37,868 nucleotides of DNA from a virus: positions 1 through 37,868 of IMG/VR virus record IMGVR_UViG_3300023223_000189; one strand, written 5' to 3'. The first letter of the stretch is position 1. The number at the start of each line of letters is the position of its first letter. Below are positions 21,509 to 29,890 of the stretch, piece after piece. The notes beneath the pieces were generated by a model. It ran no database searches. It was not told the DNA's origin and saw nothing but the letters and a program-made list of their open reading frames with translations. A program made the translations under genes and the position numbers.

Positions 21509-22354
21509 TTACAGCTCCCCGTATTTAACTTTGTAGAAGCCACTTTGATTCATAATTACAGCTTCAGGATTATCGACCATAACCTCTTGAGCAATAACGC
21601 CATTATCAGCGCCGAACAAGCCAAAAATCTCACCGGCTAACTTGTTCCAATCCCATGAATACCAGTTATTACCGTCCTTTGTACCTTCAAGTTTAATGTT
21701 CTCTTTTAGGCGCTCATCAGAAGGAAGGAAGGGGGCAAGGGCTTGCACCCCACTAATTAGTCCTGGCGCTCCTGCAACCGCTCCACCTATACCGCCAGCT
21801 AGGCCTATTGTCTGCTCGAATCCTGCAGCCTTACCGCCACCCCTTGCAATTTGTCCCGCCGCCGTAGCTGCTCCGATATCAGTTTGCAGGCCGCCAATTC
21901 TAGCCGCCTGACCTGTTTCTATGTTTGCCTGAGATGTTGCGACTCCTGTACCAAGATCAAGGAGAGCGGTTACATCTTGCCTCTGTCGATCAATCAATGG
22001 CTGAGCAGAAAGAAGAACATTACTAGATAGCTGCTGTAACGTATCGCCCGCACTTAATCGGCCCCTTGCCGTTGCTGACTGCTGTGTTTGTACGTTAGCA
22101 TTCTCTAATGCCAGCTGAAATAAGGGATTCTGCTGAAGAAAATCAAACTGCGCTTGAGGATCAGCTAAGAACTGGGATGCTTCAACGCCTCGTTCAGCTG
22201 CGCCTGCGAATGGCTGAAAGAATCCTTGCGCCCTAGCTCTTGCCTCTTCTTGGGTCTCGATAGCGGCTTGGCCTGCTTCTGCCTGAGTTGAAGCAGCACC
22301 CCTAGCGGCTCTTGTCTGATCCGAAACGCCGGTTAACTTTCTTACAAAGCCCAT
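21509..22354 (-). CDS. Trimeric fiber/needle-like protein with C-terminal intramolecular chaperone (peptidase S74) domain
   Basis: The C-terminus SDERLKENIKLEG...GVIAQEVMVDNPEAV...YKVKYGEL matches the endosialidase chaperone-domain pattern. The N-terminal ~210 aa are Ala/Gln/Gly-rich. Confidence 0.7.
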   Translation of the reverse strand: MGFVRKLTGVSDQTRAARGAASTQAEAGQAAIETQEEARARAQGFFQPFAGAAERGVEASQFLADPQAQFDFLQQNPLFQLALENANVQTQQSATARGRLSAGDTLQQLSSNVLLSAQPLIDRQRQDVTALLDLGTGVATSQANIETGQAARIGGLQTDIGAATAAGQIARGGGKAAGFEQTIGLAGGIGGAVAGAPGLISGVQALAPFLPSDERLKENIKLEGTKDGNNWYSWDWNKLAGEIFGLFGADNGVIAQEVMVDNPEAVIMNQSGFYKVKYGEL

Positions 22355-22746
22355 TCTTCAGCCTCCAAAGCAAGACGATGAATGCCATCATCAATACCTT
22401 TGTCTTTCATGAATTTTAACGCAAATCCGTACACATTGCCGTATTTTACAGGTATATTGGCTACAATTCTATTAGCGCCAATTTCCTCAAAGCCATACCT
22501 GAATGCCTCTGATGCTGCTTCCAGCGCCTTAGCTCTATAATCCTGAACAACATTGACGTGCATCTCCCAATCATCACCATCCGGATGCAATATGCATAAT
22601 ACACCCTCATCGAATAAATAGTGGTAATCACCCATTGGGGGGTTAAATTCGTCTATATTATCGTCATCGTCTGCAATATTCGGCCATATATCAGGATGCT
22701 TTAGCACTGAGTTGATCTTATCAATGTCAACAGTGCGCCCTATCAT
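22342..22746 (-). CDS. Small GNAT-fold-like protein in the P22 gp14 position
   Basis: The C-terminal segment RAKALEAASEAFRYGFEEIGANRIVANIPVKYGNVYGFALKFMKDKG resembles a GNAT core. The assignment is tentative. Confidence 0.3.
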   Translation of the reverse strand: MIGRTVDIDKINSVLKHPDIWPNIADDDDNIDEFNPPMGDYHYLFDEGVLCILHPDGDDWEMHVNVVQDYRAKALEAASEAFRYGFEEIGANRIVANIPVKYGNVYGFALKFMKDKGIDDGIHRLALEAEEWAL

Positions 22747-23075
22747 TGCTCTCTGCCTGTTGCGTAGAAGCTTAATGAATTAGCGGTGTTGTTTTCTGCT
22801 CGAATTGTACCGCCTGGAGGGACAACCTGATTAACAATAGACGCGCCTGAATCAAATCTATCTCTGATCACTATCTTAAAGGGGATAATGGCGTCGACAG
22901 CGCTTCCAGAGGAATCGAAGATATATGCCTTATAAGATGCGTTTATTCCTGAGTTATTACTTACCGTAAATGCCGTGATAATCGTACCAGCGCCTCCTGA
23001 AGGCGATGTATACAGCGCTGTTATCGTGTTTGATGAAGATATCTTAGCGTTATTTATAATCGGCGTATCGGCCAT
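22743..23075 (-). CDS. Hypothetical beta-rich virion-module protein
   Basis: 110 aa, start/stop-coupled within the tail module. Confidence 0.5.
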   Translation of the reverse strand: MADTPIINNAKISSSNTITALYTSPSGGAGTIITAFTVSNNSGINASYKAYIFDSSGSAVDAIIPFKIVIRDRFDSGASIVNQVVPPGGTIRAENNTANSLSFYATGREQ

Positions 23076-23076
23076 C

Positions 23077-24345
23077 CTATCCCCCTATAACTTCTAAGCT
23101 GGTGACAGAGGCGATAATATCGGACGTTCCTGTATTATTGGCAAATATAGCCCTGATATCGTCATTAGTCACCATGGGAGCCAAAGCCCCGAATGGTACG
23201 GTTGTAGGCGTTGCGTTTTGTGTGACCGCCCTGGACTTTACAATGCCAGGCCCAGATATCCAATTTTTAGCAAATTGAACTTCTATTTCATCAGCACCAC
23301 CACCAACTTTCTCAACGGTTGCTCGGCCGGTAAGCTGTACTTCTATATCTTCCTCGCCAATGTAAGTAATAACTCCGTCCGTTCCGACCGTGAATCTGTC
23401 AGAAATATCTGATGCCCAAGAAACACCACCAGCACTAGGAACGCCTATTTCAACAAATGTTGATGAGGCAGATATAGTAATTGTTTCTGAGCCGCCAGTT
23501 AAAAACGCATCGGCTGCATTACGACTATTCATCGTTCCGGTGACTTGAGAAAAGAACCATCTTATGTCTTGTTCATCTATACCAGATAACGGGGTAATTG
23601 CACCGGCTGCAAGATCAGTTGTATCTACAAGTGCGCGCTCACCTGAATTAATGTTACCGCTTGCAGCCAGCCCCTTCAAAGCAATCGCGCCAGATGGCCC
23701 CGCTATAGTGCTGTCGATCAGCCTGAACAGATCGAATGTGGCCGTGCCAAGATCCAGACCGACAAATGACGCGCTAGACCCTACAAGCGTGCCGGTGGTA
23801 TATAAGAACCCTTGTGAGGAGCCAAAGAATTGTAGACCTTGGCCGGTAATACTAGTAAAAGATGATGAGTTCCAGAACAATCCAGCATTGGTAAACGAAC
23901 CCATATCTTTAGCGTTAGTGCAAGTCGAGTTACGCATCACCATAAAGTTGGTGCCGGTTTGAGCGAACACTGTGCCATTAGGACAATCAAACGCCAGGTT
24001 AAACATATTCCACCCTGCGGCGGAGGTAAACATAACCCCTGTTCCAGTATAGGTGAGAGCAAGAATAGCCTGACCAGCCCCTTCTACAGCTACGCTATCC
24101 TCCACTATAATTGATTTAGATGTGGATACAGGAGCGCCAAAATAATACCTGTTACCCGACTCCCATGTAATAGTAGTTGCATCCTGAACAGGGAAATCAG
24201 CCTCTTCATTAATCACTACAATGTTATTGGCAAGCCCGGCATACAGCTCTGTGAAGTTATCTTGAGAGTTGCTGAATAGCGTTCTAAGCGGATCACCTGT
24301 TCCGTCATTCGCCACAGTGCCGATATTTAATGTCTTTTGCGCCAT
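23077..24345 (-). CDS. Tail fiber / second receptor-binding protein
   Basis: The N-terminus LNIGTVANDGTGDPLRTLFSNSQDNFTELY is a widespread phage tail-fiber N-terminal motif. Confidence 0.6.
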   Translation of the reverse strand: MAQKTLNIGTVANDGTGDPLRTLFSNSQDNFTELYAGLANNIVVINEEADFPVQDATTITWESGNRYYFGAPVSTSKSIIVEDSVAVEGAGQAILALTYTGTGVMFTSAAGWNMFNLAFDCPNGTVFAQTGTNFMVMRNSTCTNAKDMGSFTNAGLFWNSSSFTSITGQGLQFFGSSQGFLYTTGTLVGSSASFVGLDLGTATFDLFRLIDSTIAGPSGAIALKGLAASGNINSGERALVDTTDLAAGAITPLSGIDEQDIRWFFSQVTGTMNSRNAADAFLTGGSETITISASSTFVEIGVPSAGGVSWASDISDRFTVGTDGVITYIGEEDIEVQLTGRATVEKVGGGADEIEVQFAKNWISGPGIVKSRAVTQNATPTTVPFGALAPMVTNDDIRAIFANNTGTSDIIASVTSLEVIGG

Positions 24346-24632
24346 TATACTTCCTCTAAATCGCCGTATATCAGCGTAGTGTCGCCGGTAAAGCCAGTCG
24401 TATCACCCGTTAAGAAATCACCAGAGCCTATCTGCTCACGAACTGCATTAATCTGAGCCTGCGAACCTGGAACAAACTGAAGACCATCGGCAACCAAATC
24501 TTCACCACCGCCTGTTCTTTGCCACAACTGGAATATAATAAATTCTATTTGCTGAAAATAGGGGCGAGTCGCTGGATCGTCGAAAAACTTCTTCGGTATC
24601 TGTATGTGCGGTGGCGGGTTAACTCTGCTCAT
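24345..24632 (-). CDS. Hypothetical tail-module protein
   Basis: 95 aa, coupled to the gp10-like gene. Contains a TGDTTGFTGDTT mini-repeat. Confidence 0.5.
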   Translation of the reverse strand: MSRVNPPPHIQIPKKFFDDPATRPYFQQIEFIIFQLWQRTGGGEDLVADGLQFVPGSQAQINAVREQIGSGDFLTGDTTGFTGDTTLIYGDLEEV

Positions 24633-26047
24633 CGGCCAGCCAGCCGCAAATCAATAGCGCCTGATAATATCGTGTAATGCACTGGATCACTGGTAGTTAT
24701 ACGAATAATCAAATCATAAAAAGACTTTAGGCTAAACCATTCCGCCCTTACGTTGGTCTCTCCCAATCTGCCAATACGCATCCATGTACCCGCATCAAAC
24801 GATTTCCCGCCATCATAAGATGCCTCTATCATAATCTTAGGGTCTTCACCCTGGCCGGATATTAAGCCCACGCCGGCTTCTAGTATCAGCTCAAAGCGCG
24901 ACATCTGGATACGCTTACCAGGAGCGCCAACCATTCCGCCATGAATTGAAGACATCACCCTTGTTCTGTGGATCTCTGTTCCATTGTTATCAAAGGCGTC
25001 TAAATCAAGCTCGTATAGTCGGCCATTCAGCTCATCAGAGATTAAGTGTTTTCCATATATAAACGTGTGCGAAGTAGCGTTATATTTACCGCCATTCCTG
25101 TCAGCAGAAACCTCAAACCAGCCATCATCTCCTAACTCTTCATTAACCACCCAAGTCTTATTTTCAGTTGGAAAGGTTATCTGATAGAAGTTCTGACCTT
25201 CTAATGTGTAGGTATAAGCAACCGCATCATCGACAAAATCATAGTTCTCAATAGCATGAGATATAGCCTTGCTTGATATTCTGCGAGGCGTACCGCCAGA
25301 GGCTTGATAAATCTGTCTATCATCACCAAGCCAATACATAAAGTTGTCATTGTGATCAACAGAGTGAATAGCAGCCAACCCAATACTCATCATCTGGGTA
25401 TCAATGCGGTCAAACGGAGGTGCCCCTGTGCCTGAGTTATACCATGGTTCTATGGTTAACTCTCCGAACATATAGACAATCTGGTCAAAAACATAGGCTC
25501 TGATTAAGTCATCTGGCTGCGACTCCGCTTGAGCTGCATTCAATCCACTAGCGCTAGCGCCATTATTAACATCAGAGATAATGAACAAATTAGACTTTGT
25601 ATAGATAAATTGGCTGTTTAAAAAATCAACAGCAATTGAGCCTGCAATATCAGGGTCAGTAACCGTTGATATCACTTTAGACAGTCGATTATATTGCTGA
25701 ACATTTCCGTCATTAACAATAAAAAGATTCTCGCCATCGTCAGCAAAAATGCAGCGCCTAGATCCTACGATAAACCCCCTGTCAGTATGGACGCCCACAC
25801 TGCTGACCTCGAAAAGCTTGGAGCCAGCAACACGATACAGGATATTATCCATTCTATGCTGGCCTCTATCGGCCCCCGTCACTGAACCAAACAGAGTCTG
25901 ACCAGGATACGAATGAAGGACTAGCGGGGATTTACCGCTTGGGTCAAACTCTTGATAAAAGTTAATCGTCGCCTGAGACGATAATGGGCGCGACCTGCTC
26001 TGATAAGAGGGGCCAGATACATTAATGGGCAGGGTCTGAAAAGGCAT
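24629..26047 (-). CDS. P22 gp10-like tail hub (packaged-DNA stabilization protein)
   Basis: 472 aa, the same length as P22 gp10. The N-terminus MPFQTLPINVSG...NILYRVAGSKLFEV parallels gp10 MPIQQLPMMKG...NAVYRVCGGKLYKG. Confidence 0.6.
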   Translation of the reverse strand: MPFQTLPINVSGPSYQSRSRPLSSQATINFYQEFDPSGKSPLVLHSYPGQTLFGSVTGADRGQHRMDNILYRVAGSKLFEVSSVGVHTDRGFIVGSRRCIFADDGENLFIVNDGNVQQYNRLSKVISTVTDPDIAGSIAVDFLNSQFIYTKSNLFIISDVNNGASASGLNAAQAESQPDDLIRAYVFDQIVYMFGELTIEPWYNSGTGAPPFDRIDTQMMSIGLAAIHSVDHNDNFMYWLGDDRQIYQASGGTPRRISSKAISHAIENYDFVDDAVAYTYTLEGQNFYQITFPTENKTWVVNEELGDDGWFEVSADRNGGKYNATSHTFIYGKHLISDELNGRLYELDLDAFDNNGTEIHRTRVMSSIHGGMVGAPGKRIQMSRFELILEAGVGLISGQGEDPKIMIEASYDGGKSFDAGTWMRIGRLGETNVRAEWFSLKSFYDLIIRITTSDPVHYTILSGAIDLRLAGR

Positions 26048-26670
26048 TAAGGTGTGGCCCCTTCTATCCGCATGGCTGGAGCCGGGCCATACCGGCCCTG
26101 CTTATCCTTTTTGTTTGCGCCTCTAATGGCATTGATAAACCTGCCGTAATACTTCAGCGCCTTCTGATCCTCTTCGGCAAACTCATTCAACGCCCACAGA
26201 GCGCCAAATAGGTAAATATTAGGGTGATCAGTTAATACTGCATTAGTCTGGTTTAATGTTGATAGTGGTGTAGGGATGGCCATATATTGGAATATAACGG
26301 TATAAGCCGCATCTGGTACGCGGTCAAACTCTATCTGATCGGTAACAGTAAAGAATTGGGGTAGTCCTGATGTGTCGTGAACAATCATCTGCTCAGGCGC
26401 TCTATAACGTAGATTAGAGCCGCTGTTGTTAATCTCTAGCCTAATACTCCTCATGGACTGGTAGCCCGCAGGCAGCGCTAGAAACTTGCCTGAAGTCGTC
26501 GCAGTGGCATCTCTCAGCTCTTGCCCGCGAATCTTCAGTACTTCTTCGGTGTTTGAGTACATCTCTGTTTCTGCAAGATCAATAAAATCATCAATCTCTT
26601 GGTCAATATCATCACGATGCGACCAATTTATAATTTGGAGCTTCAGGTTATCAAACGTATCAAGAGCCAT
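26047..26670 (-). CDS. Head-to-tail adaptor (gp4-position)
   Basis: 207 aa. The N-terminus FDNLKLQIINWSHRDDIDQEIDDFIDLAETEM is typical of adaptor/head-completion proteins. Assignment is also supported by synteny. Confidence 0.4.
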   Translation of the reverse strand: MALDTFDNLKLQIINWSHRDDIDQEIDDFIDLAETEMYSNTEEVLKIRGQELRDATATTSGKFLALPAGYQSMRSIRLEINNSGSNLRYRAPEQMIVHDTSGLPQFFTVTDQIEFDRVPDAAYTVIFQYMAIPTPLSTLNQTNAVLTDHPNIYLFGALWALNEFAEEDQKALKYYGRFINAIRGANKKDKQGRYGPAPAMRIEGATP

Positions 26671-26987
26671 TACATTCTGCCCTCTTTGGTTCTCAATTTA
26701 TAGAAATCTGAGCTATTCAATTTAGCAACTAACCAATTCCGGTTACGTCGCGCACCTGGATCATCCCCCAACTCCTTCCACCATGTATGCCACACAATAG
26801 GAGGAATACTAGCCACCTCATGCATCTCACCCTTCCAGCCGCTTTGAGACATAGACCTAGCCTGAGCATTTTGGCTCAGAAAAGGGTCTATATCTTGAGT
26901 CGTCTGGATAGTGTAAGTGCCATCACCATTACCATGATAAACCTGAGTTAAGCCGGTATACGAGTCATGATCCAAGATGCGCTTCAT
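26670..26987 (-). CDS. Hypothetical head-module protein
   Basis: ATG 26987 lies 1 nt after the upstream stop and has a GGAGA Shine-Dalgarno. The longer TTG start at 27014 was rejected. Confidence 0.5.
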   Translation of the reverse strand: MKRILDHDSYTGLTQVYHGNGDGTYTIQTTQDIDPFLSQNAQARSMSQSGWKGEMHEVASIPPIVWHTWWKELGDDPGARRNRNWLVAKLNSSDFYKLRTKEGRM

Positions 26988-26988
26988 A

Positions 26989-27348
26989 TTATCTCCGAAT
27001 AACGAGCGTACCAAAGGCTTCAGCGGTCACGGTAGACCCGCCATCCGTCTCAATCTCTATAGCATCGCCTACCCGCACAGCATTATTACTAGTAGGAAAC
27101 GAGGCATCTACATCACCCAATGCAGCGCCTGTAAAGGCAACGGTAATTGCGCCATTTGTCATAGCAGTACCATTAACCTTTGGCGTTAATACAGCGTCAG
27201 CCGTAGTGATTACACCATTCAGAGCCGTGCGGATTTCAATCACCGTGCCATCAAATCCAATCGGAATAGGAACGAAAATCTGGCCAGCCGTTGAAATATC
27301 AGCAATGTAAAAGTTTAACGTGGTGTTCAATAAATCGGGCGCACTCAT
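26989..27348 (-). CDS. Putative head decoration/cement protein (DUF2190-like beta protein)
   Basis: 119 aa, Gly/Thr/Ala/Val-rich. It lies downstream of the major capsid gene. The assignment is tentative. Confidence 0.35.
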   Translation of the reverse strand: MSAPDLLNTTLNFYIADISTAGQIFVPIPIGFDGTVIEIRTALNGVITTADAVLTPKVNGTAMTNGAITVAFTGAALGDVDASFPTSNNAVRVGDAIEIETDGGSTVTAEAFGTLVIRR

Positions 27349-27560
27349 GCGTCACCTCCTTCAATAGCCTGGTCACCGGCACTATCTACAATAATAACAG
27401 GCTCATCTCCAGGGACATACTCAGGACGCTGAACCGCACCGATACGGACATAATGCTCCATCTCCTTACCGGTTAGTTTAGCAGTCTCACCCTTCTTGAT
27501 CTTGCCGTCCGCTTTTGTGCAGATATTGCGCAGTACTAAGGCTTCAATTTTTTTAGCCAT
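27345..27560 (-). CDS. Hypothetical head-module protein
   Basis: 71 aa, GGAGG Shine-Dalgarno. Confidence 0.5.
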   Translation of the reverse strand: MAKKIEALVLRNICTKADGKIKKGETAKLTGKEMEHYVRIGAVQRPEYVPGDEPVIIVDSAGDQAIEGGDA

Positions 27561-27571
27561 TACAGCCTCCG

Positions 27572-27590
27572 GAAAAGGGGCCGAAGCCCC
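27572..27590 (-). terminator. Intrinsic (probably partial) terminator right after the major capsid gene
   Basis: The minus strand reads GGGGC-TTCG-GCCCC followed by TTTTCC. Confidence 0.55.
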
Positions 27591-27595
27591 ATTGG

Positions 27596-28540
27596 TTAGC
27601 TGATAGTCAGGTCAAATACACCGCCAGAAGCAGCTTCATTACGCGCTTCCAGTGTGTATTCAGACAGAAGCTGAACGCGGTCAGAATCGCCAGTCTTGGC
27701 AAGTGGGGTCTGCATGAACTCTCGCAGGGTAGCCATTGCCCACATATCCATGTCAAGCACTAGGGCGGACTCAGGACGCGAGAAGCGGTTGGTCTGAACC
27801 TGCAGCTCACCGAAATCACTAACGTAAATCTTGATCGCAGTGTTCAGAGTCTGATCTTTTGAATCAGTGTTGCGTGTCGCATTACCTGAGAAGGCCGACA
27901 TGGCTTGCTTATTGAATGACCCAACCATGATCATATTAGGATCACCGCCTTGATCAAAGCAGTCGGCCAGTACATCTTTCAGATCAGATTCAGCAAAGGC
28001 TCGCAATGTACCATCAGTACGAGCATCTGTACCATCACCCGTAGGAGACGCACCGGTTGCACCAAAATTATCATTGGTCGCAATCCATGCTTCGATACCT
28101 GCAAGCTCACGCGCCACAGAATCGGAGCCGGTCACAGCCGCATTGTTAGCCAGCAGTGAGCTCTCCATATCACGCTTGAGAGCCTTGCCCGCCTTCAGAA
28201 TCTGATAATCAAACTCATCACCACGACCTGCCGAATCAACAACACGCTGTGAGCCGGTCACGCGAGGCACCTTATCGCTAATTTGTACGCGGTTGCCCAG
28301 TCGAACACTGGGTGTTGAGGCGGTTGTAGTCGCATCATCACCTTCAATTACAGCGTTTGTGGCGCTCGCTGTATCCAGGGCATCAGTTTGCCATTCATGC
28401 AGTGTTGCGGTCGCAGGAGTGCGCGCAATACTCGACATAAACGGCGTTTCGGTGGGAGAGATGTCATAAATCACATCACTCAAGTCTTCACGGTTGCCAA
28501 TCGCGTCAAAGGTTGAAAATGTATCTGCTGGTTGTGCCAT
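27596..28540 (-). CDS. Major capsid protein (HK97-fold family)
   Basis: 314 aa. The N-terminus FSTFDAIGNREDLSDVIYDISPTETPFMS is a recognisable capsid-family motif. It follows the scaffold gene and is followed by a terminator. Confidence 0.75.
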   Translation of the reverse strand: MAQPADTFSTFDAIGNREDLSDVIYDISPTETPFMSSIARTPATATLHEWQTDALDTASATNAVIEGDDATTTASTPSVRLGNRVQISDKVPRVTGSQRVVDSAGRGDEFDYQILKAGKALKRDMESSLLANNAAVTGSDSVARELAGIEAWIATNDNFGATGASPTGDGTDARTDGTLRAFAESDLKDVLADCFDQGGDPNMIMVGSFNKQAMSAFSGNATRNTDSKDQTLNTAIKIYVSDFGELQVQTNRFSRPESALVLDMDMWAMATLREFMQTPLAKTGDSDRVQLLSEYTLEARNEAASGGVFDLTIS

Positions 28541-28551
28541 TGTCTTATACC

Positions 28552-29535
28552 TTATTTAGATTGTTGACGTTTCAGTTTCATTACGACCTGGGCGTCTTCA
28601 ATCTTACCTGTTCGTTTAAACTTTGCCTGGGCATCGCCTATCTGTTTGGCAAGATTAGTCGCTGTGGCCTTTTTACCCTTGATAACTACAGGAGCTTTCT
28701 TCACCTTCTTGGTGATAGCGGCCTCTGTGGACTTACGAGCATGGAACTTAGCGGCATCCAAAAGCGTTAACATGTGCTTATGATTAATGATGTCGTTGAA
28801 TTCCTCATTACTCCATTTATTGTCAGTAAGGTAGGTTTGCAGCATGACCATATCCGCCTCTTTCTTCACCGGATCACTCCAGTGAGGTAAGGCGTCAAAC
28901 AACTTAGCCTGCTCAGCAGATGCCTTCTCATTGCGCTGAGACTGTAGCAACTCGCTACGTTTTGCCTTAGCTGCATCAAGCTTGCCCTGCTTACCTTCCT
29001 TCTTTTCCTTAAGCTTTAAGTACTCTCCAGTATCAAGTTCACGCAATTCGTCCCAGTCAACGCCCTCAAACTCGCCATCAAGCATCTCTGTTACTAAGTC
29101 GATGTGTGATTGCAGGTTATCTAGCATCTCTTGCTGCTTCTCGGTCTGGGCTTGTACACCCTTACGGTCCTCAGCTAACTTCTGGGTCTTTTGCGTATAG
29201 TCAGCATCCTTCATTTGTCCCTTTTCAAGCTCATCAAGCTGCTTGAGGGTAATCTGGCGACCGCCAATCTCATACACAAGATCATCGCCACTGGATTCCT
29301 CTGCAGCCTCATCACCTTCTAAGGTTTCAGCTAACTCTTCGGTATTCGATAGCTCATCATCCGTCTGATCTTCATCGTTCTGAATATCGTCAGTCTGCAA
29401 TTCACTATCTACGTCCGGTGTCTCAACTGAGACATCAACAGCCCCCGCTTCCTCTGGTTGGCCTTCCGGCTCCGTTGGTGTGCGGAGGTTTTTGATTCTT
29501 TCTAACAATTCTGTCTGGGTGGCTTCGGCGCCCAT
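28552..29535 (-). CDS. Scaffolding protein
   Basis: 327 aa, highly acidic and helical, with a basic C-terminal helix-rich tail. It lies between the portal and capsid genes. Confidence 0.65.
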   Translation of the reverse strand: MGAEATQTELLERIKNLRTPTEPEGQPEEAGAVDVSVETPDVDSELQTDDIQNDEDQTDDELSNTEELAETLEGDEAAEESSGDDLVYEIGGRQITLKQLDELEKGQMKDADYTQKTQKLAEDRKGVQAQTEKQQEMLDNLQSHIDLVTEMLDGEFEGVDWDELRELDTGEYLKLKEKKEGKQGKLDAAKAKRSELLQSQRNEKASAEQAKLFDALPHWSDPVKKEADMVMLQTYLTDNKWSNEEFNDIINHKHMLTLLDAAKFHARKSTEAAITKKVKKAPVVIKGKKATATNLAKQIGDAQAKFKRTGKIEDAQVVMKLKRQQSK

Positions 29536-29544
29536 GGTATATCC

Positions 29545-29799
29545 TTAGTGCTTCTGCATCTCTAGTGTCTTTTCACCCAGCTTGCCGGTAGTCATAACGG
29601 CGTTAAGCTGATCCTCGAATTTATCCATGATCTTCATTTGACGCCATATCTCATCACGCGCCTCTGATTCATCATGCTTGGTTTTCTGGAAGGCTTCCAT
29701 CATTTGCCCTCGCATAATCACCATCGCCTCTCGAAAGATCGAGTTGTTCAGCACTGTCTGCGCTTCCCGCCCCCTTGCTACCTCTTCCTCTGGTGCCAT
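29545..29799 (-). CDS. Hypothetical helical head-module protein
   Basis: 84 aa, AAAGGGG Shine-Dalgarno. Confidence 0.6.
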   Translation of the reverse strand: MAPEEEVARGREAQTVLNNSIFREAMVIMRGQMMEAFQKTKHDESEARDEIWRQMKIMDKFEDQLNAVMTTGKLGEKTLEMQKH

Positions 29800-29890
29800 C
29801 GACTGCCCCTTTTATAAATAGTTTATCCCAATTGTCGCTAAATTGCTTATAGTTTACAGCTATCGGTCGTCGTGCGCTTCCTTTGCTCAT
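29672..29890 (-). CDS. Small protein coupled to the portal stop. The 3' extent is uncertain.
   Basis: The N-terminus MSKGSARRPIAVNYKQFSDNWDKLF looks like a conserved small phage protein. The remaining ~45 codons overlap the next gene out of frame. Confidence 0.4.
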   Translation of the reverse strand: MSKGSARRPIAVNYKQFSDNWDKLFIKGAVDGTRGRGSKGAGSADSAEQLDLSRGDGDYARANDGSLPENQA

